Positions 42,882 through 54,179 of a DNA stretch of 64,000 bases are shown piece after piece. How positions within the stretch are numbered: position 1 is the stretch's first letter; the number at the start of each line of letters is the position of its first letter. The notes beneath the pieces were generated by a model. It saw only the letters and a list, made by a program, of their open reading frames with translations. It did not search any database and was not told where the DNA came from. This stretch comes from an uncultured Planctomycetota bacterium (lineage in GTDB: Bacteria > Planctomycetota > Planctomycetia > Isosphaerales > Isosphaeraceae). The stretch spans positions 288,001-352,000 of the forward strand of contig CAWJTV010000011.1 in the NCBI GenBank assembly GCA_963845755.1, in the 5' to 3' direction. A program made the translations under genes and the position numbers.

Positions 42882-43183
42882 GAGCCCGCCACTCCCGCGA
42901 CCCCTTCAGCGGGTGGATGAGACGGTCCGGGGGTCCTCATCGGGTGGCGAAGGGTTCGGTCCGATCCGTCCCGCTCTTGCCACTTCCAGCCGGCCACGAT
43001 GAGAGGCGAGGGCCACCCCAACCGCCGCGCCACTCGGTGGACCTCACGCCGCCTCGCGACTCTCGGCACAACCCTACAAAAAAATACCCCCCCTTATCCC
43101 CCTGATCAAGAGAACAAGGGGGAGCCGGGGAGGATGGGAGCATCGCCGGTGATCGCAGGGAACGGGCCGGGGAATCGAGCCGT

Positions 43184-44216
43184 TCAGTAGGAGTCGGAGC
43201 TGATGACCTCGTTCCCCTTGGCGGAGGCGAGTGACTGGAAGGTATAGAGGTTGACCGAGTTCTTGATGAACCGGACGCTGCCGTCGCACATGCCGACGTT
43301 GACCCCACCGGGGTGCTTGCTGCGGACGTTGTTGAACAGTCCGACGCCGGTGTAGGTCCCGCCGCTGCTCACCGCGTAGGTCGCGCCGGTGCAGGGAGGG
43401 TTCGGGGGCACGTTGCCACAGTAGCTCGATCCCTGCAAGACGTCGGGATACGAGGAGTTCGGCGGATACAGCCCGGTGAACATCGGGGCGTAGCCCCACC
43501 ACGAGAAGCCGCGGAGATCCCAACCCTGTCCCACCAGGACCTCCGACGTCATCATGGTGACGCTCAGTCCATCCGGGATCGACGCGAAATTGACCGTGGG
43601 CGAGACATTCGGTCCCGAATACCCCGTGATGTCCGTGGCGGGTGCGCCCATGTCGGTAAACGGTGCGCCGCCGAAGGCCAGCTTGATGTTGTTCCAGAGG
43701 TAATAGGGGGTCTGGTCGCTGATCGTATTGCCGAAATTGACGACGTAGTTCTGCGACGTGACCGAGAAGGACGTCGCACCGAGGGTCATGCGTGACGCCG
43801 ACCTTGTTCAGATTATTGGGATCGGTGGGGCAGTAATACGCGTTGACCCGGCTGGAGGTGACTGTGATGTTGGCCGCGCCGCCATAGCGGAAAATGCTGC
43901 CCACCGCCTGATCGTTGCGGCTGTCCCCGTAGGAGTTCCAGGCATTGAACAGTGGCTGCTGTTCGATATAAGGCAGGACGAAGACGAGCCAGGTCCCCCA
44001 GCAGCACCCCTTGATTCCCGGCGGCAGGGAACCCTGCTGATCGTGGTAGTTGTGAAAGGCGATGCCCAACTGCTTGAGGTTGTTGGTGCACTGGGCCCGG
44101 CGGGCGGCCTCGCGGGCGGCTTGCACAGCGGGCAGGAGCAGGGCAATCAGGACCGCGATGATCGCGATGACGACGAGCAGCTCGATCAGAGTGAAACCGC
44201 GATGACGATGATTCAT
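43184..44216 (-). CDS. DUF1559 prepilin-type N-terminal cleavage/methylation protein (frameshifted near 43790)
   Basis: [35 protein letters not shown]...[10 protein letters not shown]-terminal [20 protein letters not shown] (H-X9-DG). Confidence 0.93.
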
Positions 44217-44384
44217 GGACGAGTATCTCCTTCCCAATGTCGAGATCGGAAACTACCGAGGGATGAGGCGAGGAACCGCCTCCCACACCGCTGACAGCCG
44301 GCTCCGACCGGCGGATGAGAGGATCGGACCGCGAGGGCGGCGAGATCGGGAGGAAAACAAATCGACGCCGTGCGTGGTCTTGGC

Positions 44385-44837
44385 TTACTTCGTGGTGAGC
44401 GTAAAGGTCAGGTCGTTCGAGACGCCCTGCTTGATCTCGGCCTTCAGATCCGATTGGGCATTGTATTTCGCGGGGATCAGCTCCTTGGCCAGTGCAGAAC
44501 GGCCGCCACCCCCGGGGGATTGCGGCTTCCCCTTTCCTCCGCCCCGATCGGGCGCGCTGATCGAAACATTGTACCTGCCGGGAATCAAACCATAATCGCG
44601 GGAGATCGTGAATCGGCCGCTCTTGATCGTGCTTCCTCCTCCGACCGCGCCACTCACCGGGTCCGCCGGCGCGAACTGGATCAGGCCCTCAGCCAGCGGC
44701 TGTCCATCCAACGTCACCGTCCCTGTGACCGCTTCCCGGGGCAAGCCGTCGCCGGACGCGGAGCAGCCGGGGACGGTCAAACCGGCGATGAGCAAGAGAA
44801 GCGGGAGGAAGCATCGACGGTGATATCGAATCATCAT
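44385..44837 (-). CDS. Lipoprotein with carboxypeptidase-regulatory-like beta-sandwich (DUF1559-associated)
   Basis: Lipobox VPGC; VTGTVTLDGQPL...GRYNVSI...IPAKYN. Confidence 0.8.
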   Translation of the reverse strand: MMIRYHRRCFLPLLLLIAGLTVPGCSASGDGLPREAVTGTVTLDGQPLAEGLIQFAPADPVSGAVGGGSTIKSGRFTISRDYGLIPGRYNVSISAPDRGGGKGKPQSPGGGGRSALAKELIPAKYNAQSDLKAEIKQGVSNDLTFTLTTK

Positions 44838-45543
44838 GTTCCTCGTATGTAAAGGTTCGAGTCATCGAAGTCGGGCATCGCCGGGAGTGAACCGTCCCGG
44901 GCCGGGCGACATCCGGCGGTCGGTCCTCCCTGCTCTGATGAGACCGGTGATCACCCTTCATCCGGCGAACGGTAGGATCAGAAAGGGCTGGATCTCATCC
45001 GCCGACCTCGACCAGCAACGTCCCCATACCCGACGATTGGAGGCAAAATGCCGGTGGAGTGACAAGATCTCGTCATCAACATTCGTCGGAAGAGTGCTGG
45101 TGTGTTTACAGGCGCAACCTCCTTCGGTGGATCACACAGGTTTCAGTCAGTAGGACGGATCCGAAGCTGGGCTGCGATGGAGAGGTCGTACCCGAATTGG
45201 GACAACGAACGAACCCGACCTCAGAGAGTCCGTGTGACTCCGAGAGGATTTCGGTAAAGAGAGAATCGAATTCGTGACATAGGTAACACTGCTATTCAAC
45301 CGACTTTTCCCGAGTTTGCAAGAAAAAAATCCGAAAATGGCGTATTTGGTATCCGAGGAAATTCGGAGATGCGATCGCAGTCATCCCGGTTCGGATGGCG
45401 GGGAGGGGCGCGACCCTGTCGGCACCGGGAGGCGGGGCGAGTCCCCCCAAGGTTGGACCTTGGGCCTGCTGGCCTTGCGCACGAGGGTCGACGCGCCGGT
45501 CTGACGTTTCCGGGCAACGCGCGGAGACGCTTCGATGGACCGA

Positions 45544-45635
45544 GTCGGGTGGGTGAAACCCACGAATGAAATGGCCCGATCCTGGTGGGTTTCACCCACC
45601 CGACAAGGGCCGGACGCCGTCCTCGGTGCGTTTCT
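45544..45635. repeat. REP doublet (REPIN-like), copy 2
   Basis: GTCGGGTGGGTGAAACCCAC ... GGTGGGTTTCACCCACCCGAC plus tail similar to 31999-32089. Confidence 0.8.
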
Positions 45636-45721
45636 TAGGAATTGCCGGCAACGTCATCGCCAGCACATACTACGAAAGATGAGCGAAGCGGACGCGGGCT
45701 GGGGCCGACGGGGAGACGGGC

Positions 45722-48675
45722 ATGACCAGGAGTGGGCGGCGGTGGTGGCTGGTGTGTTCGCTGGTCGTGTTCGCCGGGGGGCTGATCTACGGCGGGAGGC
45801 GATTGTGGCGTGCGTGGAGCTATCGGACCGCCGTGGTGGAGATTCAGACGCAAATCCATGCCGGCCGGCATGGAGCCGCCGCTCGCAACCTGGCCGCGCT
45901 CCTGGACTGGGAGCCGGGTTCGGATGAGGCCGCGTACCTCCTGGGCGTTTGCGAGAAGGCGCGAGGCCGGACCGCGGCCGCCGACGAGGCCTGGGCCCGG
46001 GTCCCACCCCGCTCTCGATTCGCGGCTTCGGCCATCCTGGGCCGCGCCAGCTTGCTGGTCGATGGCGGGCGGTTCGCCGACGCCGAGGGGCTCCTCACTC
46101 GAACGGCGGACGATCCGGGAATCGACGGTCTCGGCCTGCGGCGGTTCCTGGCGTCGCTCTACTGGCACCAGGGGCGGCAGGAGGAGGCGAAACGGTCGAT
46201 CGAGGCCAACTGGGACCGCCTGAATCAAGAAGGCCGCGGCGGGTCGGACCAGGCCATCGAGCTTGTGCGGCTGTACATCGCGCTGAGGGTGGGGAGCTCG
46301 TCGGTCGAATCGGTCCGCAGCTTCCTCGATCGCGCCGCGGCGCTGGCGCCGGAGGACGATCGGGTCTGGTTGGGGAAGGCCAACCTGGCGATCCGGCAAG
46401 GCGCGTTCGACGAAGCGGCCCGGTGGCTCGACGCCTGCTGCGCGCGTCGCCCCGAGGACGTGCCGGTCTGGCGAGCCCGGCTGGACTGGGCCATGGCGAT
46501 GGGCCGGGTCGCGGAGGCCCGCGAGGCCCTGAGGCATCTGCCGGTCGAGTCGACGAGCCGGGCCCAGGTGCACCGCCTGACGGCCTGGTTCGCCGCCCGT
46601 CGCGGCGATGTCGAGTCCGAGCGGCGCGCGCTGGAGCGGCTCCTCGTCGCCGACCCGGACGACGGACTCGGCCCTCGACCGGCTCGCCGAGCTGGCGGTC
46701 CGGGGAAAGCAACCGGCACGCGCCGCCGAGCTGCGCGGTCGGAAGGCCGCGCTCGATCCGCTGAAGTCTCGCTACAAGGAGTTGTTCCTGCGCGAGCAAC
46801 CCGTGCGGGATGCGCCGGAGATGGCCCGCCTGGCCGAGCAACTGGGCTACCGATTCGAGGCCGAGGTCTTCCTGGCCGTGGCGGCCCCGTCGGGAGCCGG
46901 CCGCCCGGACCTCCGGGAACCTCGGGCCAGGCCCTCGCCTCCCGATGACGATGACGCGGCCTATCGGCCCGGGCTGAGCCTGGCCGAGGCGCTGGCCACC
47001 GAGCTCGAGGCCGTCACGGCCGTCCCGATCGCGACCGGCCGGCGCCGCATCGATGGCGCGCGCCGGCTCGTCCGCCGCCGGCATCCGTTTCGAGGACCAC
47101 GCCGTCGCGGCCGGCCTGGCCCGCCGCTTCGATAGCGGCGAATCCCCGTTCCATCAGATCCCCGAAGTCTCCAGCGGTGGGATCGGACTGATCGATTTCG
47201 ACGGCGATGGCTGGCTCGATGTCTATGCGCCCCAGGGAGGCCCGTTCCCGCCCCAGCCGGGCCGGACCGGCCAGGGTGATCGACTCTTCCGGAATCGTCG
47301 CGACGGCACCTTCGAGGACGCGACCGCATCGTCGGGCCTGGCCGGCCTCCCCGGTGGCTATAGTCATGGCGTCGCGGTCGGCGATTACGATAATGACGGT
47401 CGCGCCGACCTGTTCGTCACCCGATGGCGGTCTTACGCCCTCTATCGCAATCGCGGCGACGGCACGTTCGAAGACGTGACGGTCGCGGCCGGCCTGGGCG
47501 GCGACCGCGACTGGCCGACCTCGGCCGCCTTCGCCGACCTGGACAACGACGGCGACCTCGACCTCTACGTCTGCCATTACCTGAAGTGGGATGCCGACCA
47601 TCCCCCCCTCTGCCAGAACCGGACGCGCTCGGCCACCATCAGTTGCGATCCCCGCGGCTACGAACCGACGCCCGATCACGTCTTCCGCAACGACGCCGGC
47701 CGCTTCACCGACGTGACGGCCCAGGCGGGGATCGTCGATCGCGACGGACGGGGCTTCGGCGTCGTCGCCGTGGACGTCGACGACGACAACCGCGTGGACC
47801 TCTTCGTCGCCAACGACCAGTCGGCCAACTACCTGTTCCGCAACCGCGGGCACTTCCGGTTCGAGGAGCAAGGCTTGATGGCGGGGGTCGCCTGCAATGC
47901 CTTCGGCGGCAATCAGGCGGGCATGGGGGTCGCCGCGGGGGACCTCGACGGCGATGGCCGGCCCGAGCTGGCCGTGACCAACTTCTACAACGAGTCGACC
48001 ACGTTGTTCCGGAACCTTGGCGACGGCCAGTTCGCCGACGCCACGACGGCCGTCGGCCTCGCCGTGCCGAGCCGCGAGCGGCTGGGCTTCGGCATCGCGT
48101 TCCTCGACGCGAACAACGACGGCCGGCTCGACCTCATCACGGCCAACGGCCATGTGAACGACTACCGGCCCGAGATCCCCTATGCCATGCCCGTCCAACT
48201 CCTGCTCGGGGGGCCCGGCGGACGGTTGACCGACGTCACCACGCAGTCGGGTCCCCCGCTGCTCATCCCCCACATCGGCCGGGGACTGGCCATCGGCGAC
48301 ATCGACAACGATGGGCGAGTCGACGCCATCATGGTCGCCCAGAACGAGCCCCTGGTTTATCTCCACAACCGCACCGCGGGAGGACACTTTCTCACGCTCG
48401 AGCTGGAAGGGACGGCATCCAACCGCGACGGCGTCGGAGCCCGCGTGGTCGTCGAAGCCGGCGGATTGCGGCAGGTCTCGCAACGATTCGGCGGCGGCAG
48501 CTTCCTGTCGGCCCACGATCCCCGGCTCCATTTCGGGCTGGGGCCGGCGACCCGCGTCGATCGGCTCGAAGTGCGCTGGCCGTCGGGCCGGGTTGACCGG
48601 TTCCAGGACCTCGCTGCCGACCGGAGGTATCGGCTTCGCGAGGGGGATCCGTCGTCAGTAGGCAGCAGTCCGTAG
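45722..48675 (+). CDS. TPR plus FG-GAP/ASPIC-UnbV (CRTAC1-like) protein (frameshifted near 46670 and 47050)
   Basis: N-terminal TM and TPR-like helices; DFDGDGWLD, DYDNDGRAD, DLDNDGDLD repeats; SNRDGVGARV...RLHFGLG...VRWPSG. Confidence 0.88.
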
Positions 48676-48718
48676 GATCCTCATCCGGAGGATCTCGACG
48701 CCGTGCACGCAACGTGCG

Positions 48719-48878
48719 AATTCGAGATTCCTGATTCGAGATTCCTGATTCGAGACTCCTGATTCCTGATTCGAGATTCCTGATTCGAGACTCCTGATTC
48801 CTGATTCGAGATTCCTGATTCCTGATTCTGTAAAGTAAAATTATATATTTTTGAATCTGGAATCTCGAATCTGAAATC
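48719..48878. repeat. Heptamer tandem array (16 units GATTCGA/GATTCCT/GACTCCT), AT-rich spacer, then about 4 inverted units
   Basis: Read directly: array 48719-48830; inverted GAATCT-type units 48852-48878. Confidence 0.9.
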
Positions 48879-48919
48879 CTTATCGATTGCGACCGAAGGC
48901 CTCGCCAGGACAGAGGGCA

Positions 48920-50791
48920 ATGCAACAATCGGGCACATCCCGAAGCCGGAGGATCCTGTTCCTCGCCGCGATCCTGGCGGCCGTGTTGGGATCGGCGACC
49001 GCTTTCGTGTCATGGCGCAATACTCCGGGAGTGAGCCTTCACCCGGTGGACACCGGCTCTCCCTACGAGAACACGCGGCTGGAGGTCAAATATGTCGGCG
49101 ATGCAGCCTGTACCCGCTGCCATGCGGAGATTGCCGAGACGTACAGCCGGCATCCGATGGGCCGCTCCCTCGCCCCGATCGCGTCGGAGAAAGACGACCG
49201 GGGCGGCCCCGTCCGGTTCGAAGCCCTTGGGTTCGAATACTCGATCGAGAACCGAGACGGCCATGTCATTCATCGAGAGGCGCGACGGGATGCCTCGGGT
49301 CGTCTCATCGCCCAGAATGAGGCGGAAGTCCGGTTTGCGATGGGTTCCGGGAGACAGGGGGTCGCCTATCTGATCGAGCGCGACGGTTTCCTCTTCCAGT
49401 CTCCCATCAGTTGGTACTGCGCAGCGCGGCGCTGGGGCCTCTCTCCCGGGTATGAGAAGGCCAACGTCCACTTCGACCGGCCGGTCCAGGAAGATTGCTT
49501 GTACTGCCACGCGAACCGGGCCCAGCCGGTTGCGGGCACGGTCAATCGGTATCGGTCGCCGATCTTCCAGGGGCACGCGATCGGCTGCGAGCGTTGCCAC
49601 GGGCCCGGCGAGCTCCATGTGAAGCGCCCGCGGGTGGTCGACGGGCGAGATACCACGATCGTCAACCCCGCCGCCCTGGAGCCCTCGCTGCGAGACGCCG
49701 TCTGCCAGCAATGTCATCTGATCGGACACCAGCGCGTGGTGCGGCTGGACCGTCGGGCCGAGGAGTATCGGCCCGGCTTGCCGTTCTATCGGTTCTGGAC
49801 CGTGGTGGAGTCCGCGAAAGGCCCGGCCGAGGATCGGTTCGTGGGCCAGGTCGAGCAGATGCACGAGAGTCGCTGCTTTCGCGCCAGTGCAGGCCGGCTG
49901 GGGTGCATCTCCTGTCACGACCCCCATCGGCTGCCGGCACCCGAGGAGACGGTGGCCTATTACCGGGATCGCTGCCTGGAATGTCACGCCGAGCGGGGTT
50001 GCCGCCTGCCGGCCGAGGTCCGGCTGGTCCGGAGCCGCGACGACGATTGCGCCGGCTGCCACATGCCGCGTTCGCGCAGCTCGGACATCATTCATGCCGC
50101 GACGACGAATCATCGGATCCTCCGCCATGCGGACCGGCCCGATCGGTCCTCGATCGCGACTGGGGAGCAGCACGACAATCCCCGGCCGGTCGTGAGCTTT
50201 CACCATGACCTGATGACGGAACTGGAGCGTGCCGCGGTCGAGCGGGACATCGGCGTGGCCCTGTGCCGCGACGGGCCGGCGGCTGCGACCGTCGCCTTGC
50301 CGTTGCTCGAGGCGGCGCTGGCGGCACGGCCGGATGACGTGACGGCCTGGGAATCCCGGGGGTTCGCGCTCGCCCAGCTCGGTCGGGTCGAAGAGGCGCT
50401 GGCCGCCTTCCGCAAGGCCCTGGAGCAGGAGCCGGACCGCGAATCCGCGCTGACGCGAGCCGCGTACGCCGCCGCCCGGGGGCACCTTCAGGAAGCCATC
50501 GCCGACTGGCGGCGCGACATCGCCCTCAATCCCTGGCGGTCGGATTACCGCGCCGCGCTCGCGTTCCTGTATTTCCAGGCTCGCGATTGGGCCGCCGCCG
50601 CTCGGGCCTGCCAGGAGACACTCCGCCTGAATCCTGCGAACCTCGAGGTCAGGAAGCTCCTGGTCCGTTGCGATCTCCGCCTTCAGGATCTCGAGGCCGT
50701 GCGCCGGGAATTCCAGACCCTGCTGGGATTCAATCCTCCCGACCGCGATGAGCTGATCCGATGGTTCACCCCGCTGTCGGGGACCCGATAG
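48920..50791 (+). CDS. Multiheme c-type cytochrome (7 CxxCH) with C-terminal TPRs
   Basis: CTRCH, CLYCH, CERCH, CQQCH, CISCH, CLECH, CAGCH; N-terminal TM; TPRs. Confidence 0.9.
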   Translation: MQQSGTSRSRRILFLAAILAAVLGSATAFVSWRNTPGVSLHPVDTGSPYENTRLEVKYVGDAACTRCHAEIAETYSRHPMGRSLAPIASEKDDRGGPVRFEALGFEYSIENRDGHVIHREARRDASGRLIAQNEAEVRFAMGSGRQGVAYLIERDGFLFQSPISWYCAARRWGLSPGYEKANVHFDRPVQEDCLYCHANRAQPVAGTVNRYRSPIFQGHAIGCERCHGPGELHVKRPRVVDGRDTTIVNPAALEPSLRDAVCQQCHLIGHQRVVRLDRRAEEYRPGLPFYRFWTVVESAKGPAEDRFVGQVEQMHESRCFRASAGRLGCISCHDPHRLPAPEETVAYYRDRCLECHAERGCRLPAEVRLVRSRDDDCAGCHMPRSRSSDIIHAATTNHRILRHADRPDRSSIATGEQHDNPRPVVSFHHDLMTELERAAVERDIGVALCRDGPAAATVALPLLEAALAARPDDVTAWESRGFALAQLGRVEEALAAFRKALEQEPDRESALTRAAYAAARGHLQEAIADWRRDIALNPWRSDYRAALAFLYFQARDWAAAARACQETLRLNPANLEVRKLLVRCDLRLQDLEAVRREFQTLLGFNPPDRDELIRWFTPLSGTR

Positions 50792-50814
50792 TCCTTTTCC
50801 CCAGTGATGGCGTT

Positions 50815-51852
50815 TCACGCAGAGTTCGAAACGAGCGGCAGGACGTCCTCCATCAACCGGACGAGGCTGTCGCAGACGAGCTCGTGCGCGAGTCCCGCCC
50901 AGCGGAGTTCGACGTTGGCGACATCGAACGGGACCCGGTCGTACAGGGCGCGGAGTTGACCTCGGACGGTCTCGGGCCCGCCGACGACGAAGTTGATGGG
51001 GTGGCCGCACAGGTCCTGGGGCCGCACGGGCTCGGGAGTGTCGGCGGGGATCTTTCCCTCCTGGCGGAACCGCCGCCAGAGGATGCGCAGGGCCGGCTCG
51101 GCCAGCGCGAAAGCTGTCGCGTCGTCCGGGCCGACGAACACCGGCCGGTTGGCGGCGATGAGTCCTGTGCCGCCCGACTCGCGATACGCCGAGACATATT
51201 GCCGGTATTGCTCGGGCGTGCGCAGGTGGGAGAACAGCATGTTGAACCCGAGCGACCCGGCAATCCGCGCCGAGCCCACACTATTGACCGCCTGCCAGCA
51301 TCGGCTCGCGAGGTCCGGGGCCGCGAGCGGCAACGGGCGGTGCGGCGGGATGTCGAAATAACACGGCGACGAATCGGCCTCGATCGCGCCCGCCGTGCCG
51401 ATTCCTTCGACGCTCCAGGCCGCGCGGATGATCCGCAGCGCCTCGGCAAACCGAGCGTGGCGCTCGTGCTCATCGGTCTCGGCCAGGCCGAAGAAGCCGA
51501 ACTCCTCCGGCGTGCTACCGCTCCCGAACCCGACGGCCATCCGGCCATTCGCCAGGACATCGGCGACGGCGACCTGCTCGGCGACGTCCAGCGGGTGGTG
51601 GAGGTTCAGGCAGATGATCGCCGTGCCCAGGCGAATCCGATGCGTCTGGCCGGCCAGGTGCAGCGCGAAGAGCAGGGGCGTCGGCAGGTGCCCGTGGTGC
51701 GCATGGGCATGATGCTCCGTGAACCAGGCATATTGCACGCCCAGCTCGTCGGCCAGCCGGACCAGCTCCGCCACCTCATCAAAGATCAACGACGACGAAC
51801 GATCCCGCGGTCCCTCGAGATGATCGGTCAGGCCAATGGTCAGTGAACTCAC
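50815..51852 (-). CDS. LLM-class flavin-dependent oxidoreductase
   Basis: LADELGVQYAWFTEHH, IRLGTAI, HPLDVAEQVAVADVLANGR. Confidence 0.88.
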   Translation of the reverse strand: MSSLTIGLTDHLEGPRDRSSSLIFDEVAELVRLADELGVQYAWFTEHHAHAHHGHLPTPLLFALHLAGQTHRIRLGTAIICLNLHHPLDVAEQVAVADVLANGRMAVGFGSGSTPEEFGFFGLAETDEHERHARFAEALRIIRAAWSVEGIGTAGAIEADSSPCYFDIPPHRPLPLAAPDLASRCWQAVNSVGSARIAGSLGFNMLFSHLRTPEQYRQYVSAYRESGGTGLIAANRPVFVGPDDATAFALAEPALRILWRRFRQEGKIPADTPEPVRPQDLCGHPINFVVGGPETVRGQLRALYDRVPFDVANVELRWAGLAHELVCDSLVRLMEDVLPLVSNSA

Positions 51853-52459
51853 GAAACGATCCTTAGCATCCTCGAGTCTTCAGCGTCGCCGCCCAGCTAC
51901 CCAGCATGGACACCGTACGCGAGAAACTCAAGGATGAAATCGCGCCGAGGAACCGGAGACCATCCCCGGTCCGAGGAAATCCTCGTCGATCGGGTCTCGG
52001 TCGATCGGCCGACATCCCTCGCGTTGGGGTTGACATGGAGCGAGCGACGGCTAAACTCGTGCCGCATTTCGGCCCCTCTCCGCGCCCACATTTCCTTTCG
52101 GGATCATTCATGATCACGGGAATCCTCGCCGTAGTTCCGCTCCATCCCCTCGCCGCCTTCATTCTGGCCGGGCGCGGTCGCCGCGCCTGAAGTCACGCGG
52201 TCGCTTCGCCGATAATGATGCGGGGTGTTGTGTCGACGCGATCCGGATGGTCTCGACGAGGGAGTTGGCCAGGCTGATGGTCCCCGATGACCGCATGGAA
52301 GCGACCGTCGATCCATCACGCATCCTTGCTAACGAGTGACGAGACGGGACATCAGGCCGCGCCGTCCCGACGGTGAGATCGAGCGATGTGACGCGATCGA
52401 AAGATGAACCAGGCTGGACCAATTTCTCAGAATATCTTGAACATGGACGTTCCTGTATT

Positions 52460-54106
52460 ATGAGATTCAGGCGATTATCAATTCCGCTACTCTCGAGCAT
52501 GATGGGCCTGATGTGGTCCCTTGCCGCCGCGGGGCAGGAGTCGCTCCCTCCGTTGCCCGATCCGGGGGTACCCGGCACGGCGGCTCCGCCGGTTGCGGGC
52601 GTGACGGGCGCGAGAGAAACGCAGTTGGAGGACGAGGTGCGCCAGCTCAAGGAGATGGTGCGCCAGCTCTCTACGCGCGTGGAGGAGCTCTCGGCAGCCC
52701 AGAAGCAGACCCCGCGACCGGGCGAGTCGTTATCCTACCAGGATGCCAGACCACCGGCTGGCGCCCCAACCACCGAGAACCGCGAGCGGACCCCCGAAGG
52801 CGGCGGCGGTGGCTCGCGGGCGGGCTATCAACAAGGAGTGGGGAATCGGAACCTCGGCGAGATCAAGTTGGATACCTTCTATGCCTATAATCGGGGAGGG
52901 TTCGAGTTTGCAACCGACGACAACGAGCTCACCCTGAAAGTACGGGCGCTCTTCCAGGCCGATACCAAGTACTTCGAGGGCTCGACCCAGAGCCCCGTTA
53001 GCAGCGGCTTCTCCGTCCCCCGGGCCCGTCTCTATTTCGACGGCTTCCTGACCAGGCCCATCGAATACCAGCTCTCGTTCCAGCAGAGCTACGACTCGTT
53101 CAACCTCCTGAATGCGTTTCTCAACTTCAATTACGATAAGAGGCTTCAATTACGCATGGGGCGTTTCAAGACGCCTTACACCTACGAATTCTACAAGATC
53201 AACGTCTGGGATTTGTATGCGCCCGAACGGTCGCTCTTCAGCAACAACTTCAGCCTGAACCGCCAGGTCGGGGCGATGGCCTGGGGCGAACTTCTCAACA
53301 ACTCGGTCGAATACGCGGTCGGGGCTTTCGATGGCCAGAGAAACTCCTATGCGCCCTTCAAGAACACGCCCGACGTCGTGGCATTCCTCAATATCAAGCC
53401 GTTCGAAACGGCGGCGCCCCCCTCGCGGTGGTCGTTCGTGAGGGACCTCAATTTCGGCGGCTCCCTCGACTGGGGCAATGAGAACAATCCCCTGCTCCCT
53501 GCCACGATGCGGACCTCGACGACCGGGAACAGCAATGGGCTTACGAGCACCTCCGGCGCGAATCTTACGAACCCTCCCTTCCTGAATTTCAACAACAACG
53601 TCACCGAGAAGGGGGCCAGGGCGCTCTGGGAGCTGCACATGGCTTATTACTACAAGAGCCTGTCGCTGCTCGGGGCCTGGGATGCCGGCTTCGATAGTTA
53701 TGCGGTCACGAACCAGCGGCCGGTCAAAGTGCCGGTCGACGGCTACTTCGTGCAGGCGGCCTACCTCATCACCGGCGAGACCCGGACGGCGACCGGCCTG
53801 ATCGACCCCCTCCGCCGCTTCGACCTGCGGCCCGGCCGGTTCGGCTGGGGCGCCTGGGAGCCATCGGCCCGTTTCAGCGATCTGGCGATCGGCAAGCAGA
53901 TTTTCACCGGGGGTTTTGTCGACCCGAACCTCTGGACGAATCGGGTTTACCAGGTGGACGTCGGCGTGAACTGGTATCTCAATCGTTTCATCAAGGCCTA
54001 CTTCGGCTGGGAATACTCCATGTACGGCCAGCCCATCTACTACAGCCCCGAGCACTTCACCAAGGCCAACAGCCTGTACTGGATGCGTCTTCAGGCTTTC
54101 TTCTGA
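52460..54106 (+). CDS. OprO/OprP-family porin with N-terminal coiled coil
   Basis: Signal peptide; PRARLYFDG, GRFKTPY, PERSLF, GVNWYLN; C-terminal Phe (RLQAFF). Confidence 0.8.
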   Translation: MRFRRLSIPLLSSMMGLMWSLAAAGQESLPPLPDPGVPGTAAPPVAGVTGARETQLEDEVRQLKEMVRQLSTRVEELSAAQKQTPRPGESLSYQDARPPAGAPTTENRERTPEGGGGGSRAGYQQGVGNRNLGEIKLDTFYAYNRGGFEFATDDNELTLKVRALFQADTKYFEGSTQSPVSSGFSVPRARLYFDGFLTRPIEYQLSFQQSYDSFNLLNAFLNFNYDKRLQLRMGRFKTPYTYEFYKINVWDLYAPERSLFSNNFSLNRQVGAMAWGELLNNSVEYAVGAFDGQRNSYAPFKNTPDVVAFLNIKPFETAAPPSRWSFVRDLNFGGSLDWGNENNPLLPATMRTSTTGNSNGLTSTSGANLTNPPFLNFNNNVTEKGARALWELHMAYYYKSLSLLGAWDAGFDSYAVTNQRPVKVPVDGYFVQAAYLITGETRTATGLIDPLRRFDLRPGRFGWGAWEPSARFSDLAIGKQIFTGGFVDPNLWTNRVYQVDVGVNWYLNRFIKAYFGWEYSMYGQPIYYSPEHFTKANSLYWMRLQAFF

Positions 54107-54179
54107 GGCAGTCGAAGGAAGAGCGGCAGGGACTACTGAGCACCTCCACTCCGGGGAACGCCCGATCTCGATCGGCGCG

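Noticed and set aside
48719..48878. CRISPR array
   Set aside because: 7-bp tandem units with no unique spacers and no cas genes
48392..48928. ORF with NQESRIR repeats
   Set aside because: Translation of the non-coding heptamer array
52250..52290. Fluoride riboswitch (GCTGATG-like motif)
   Set aside because: The 5' GGxGATGGxGTTCxCC element and pseudoknot are not convincingly present
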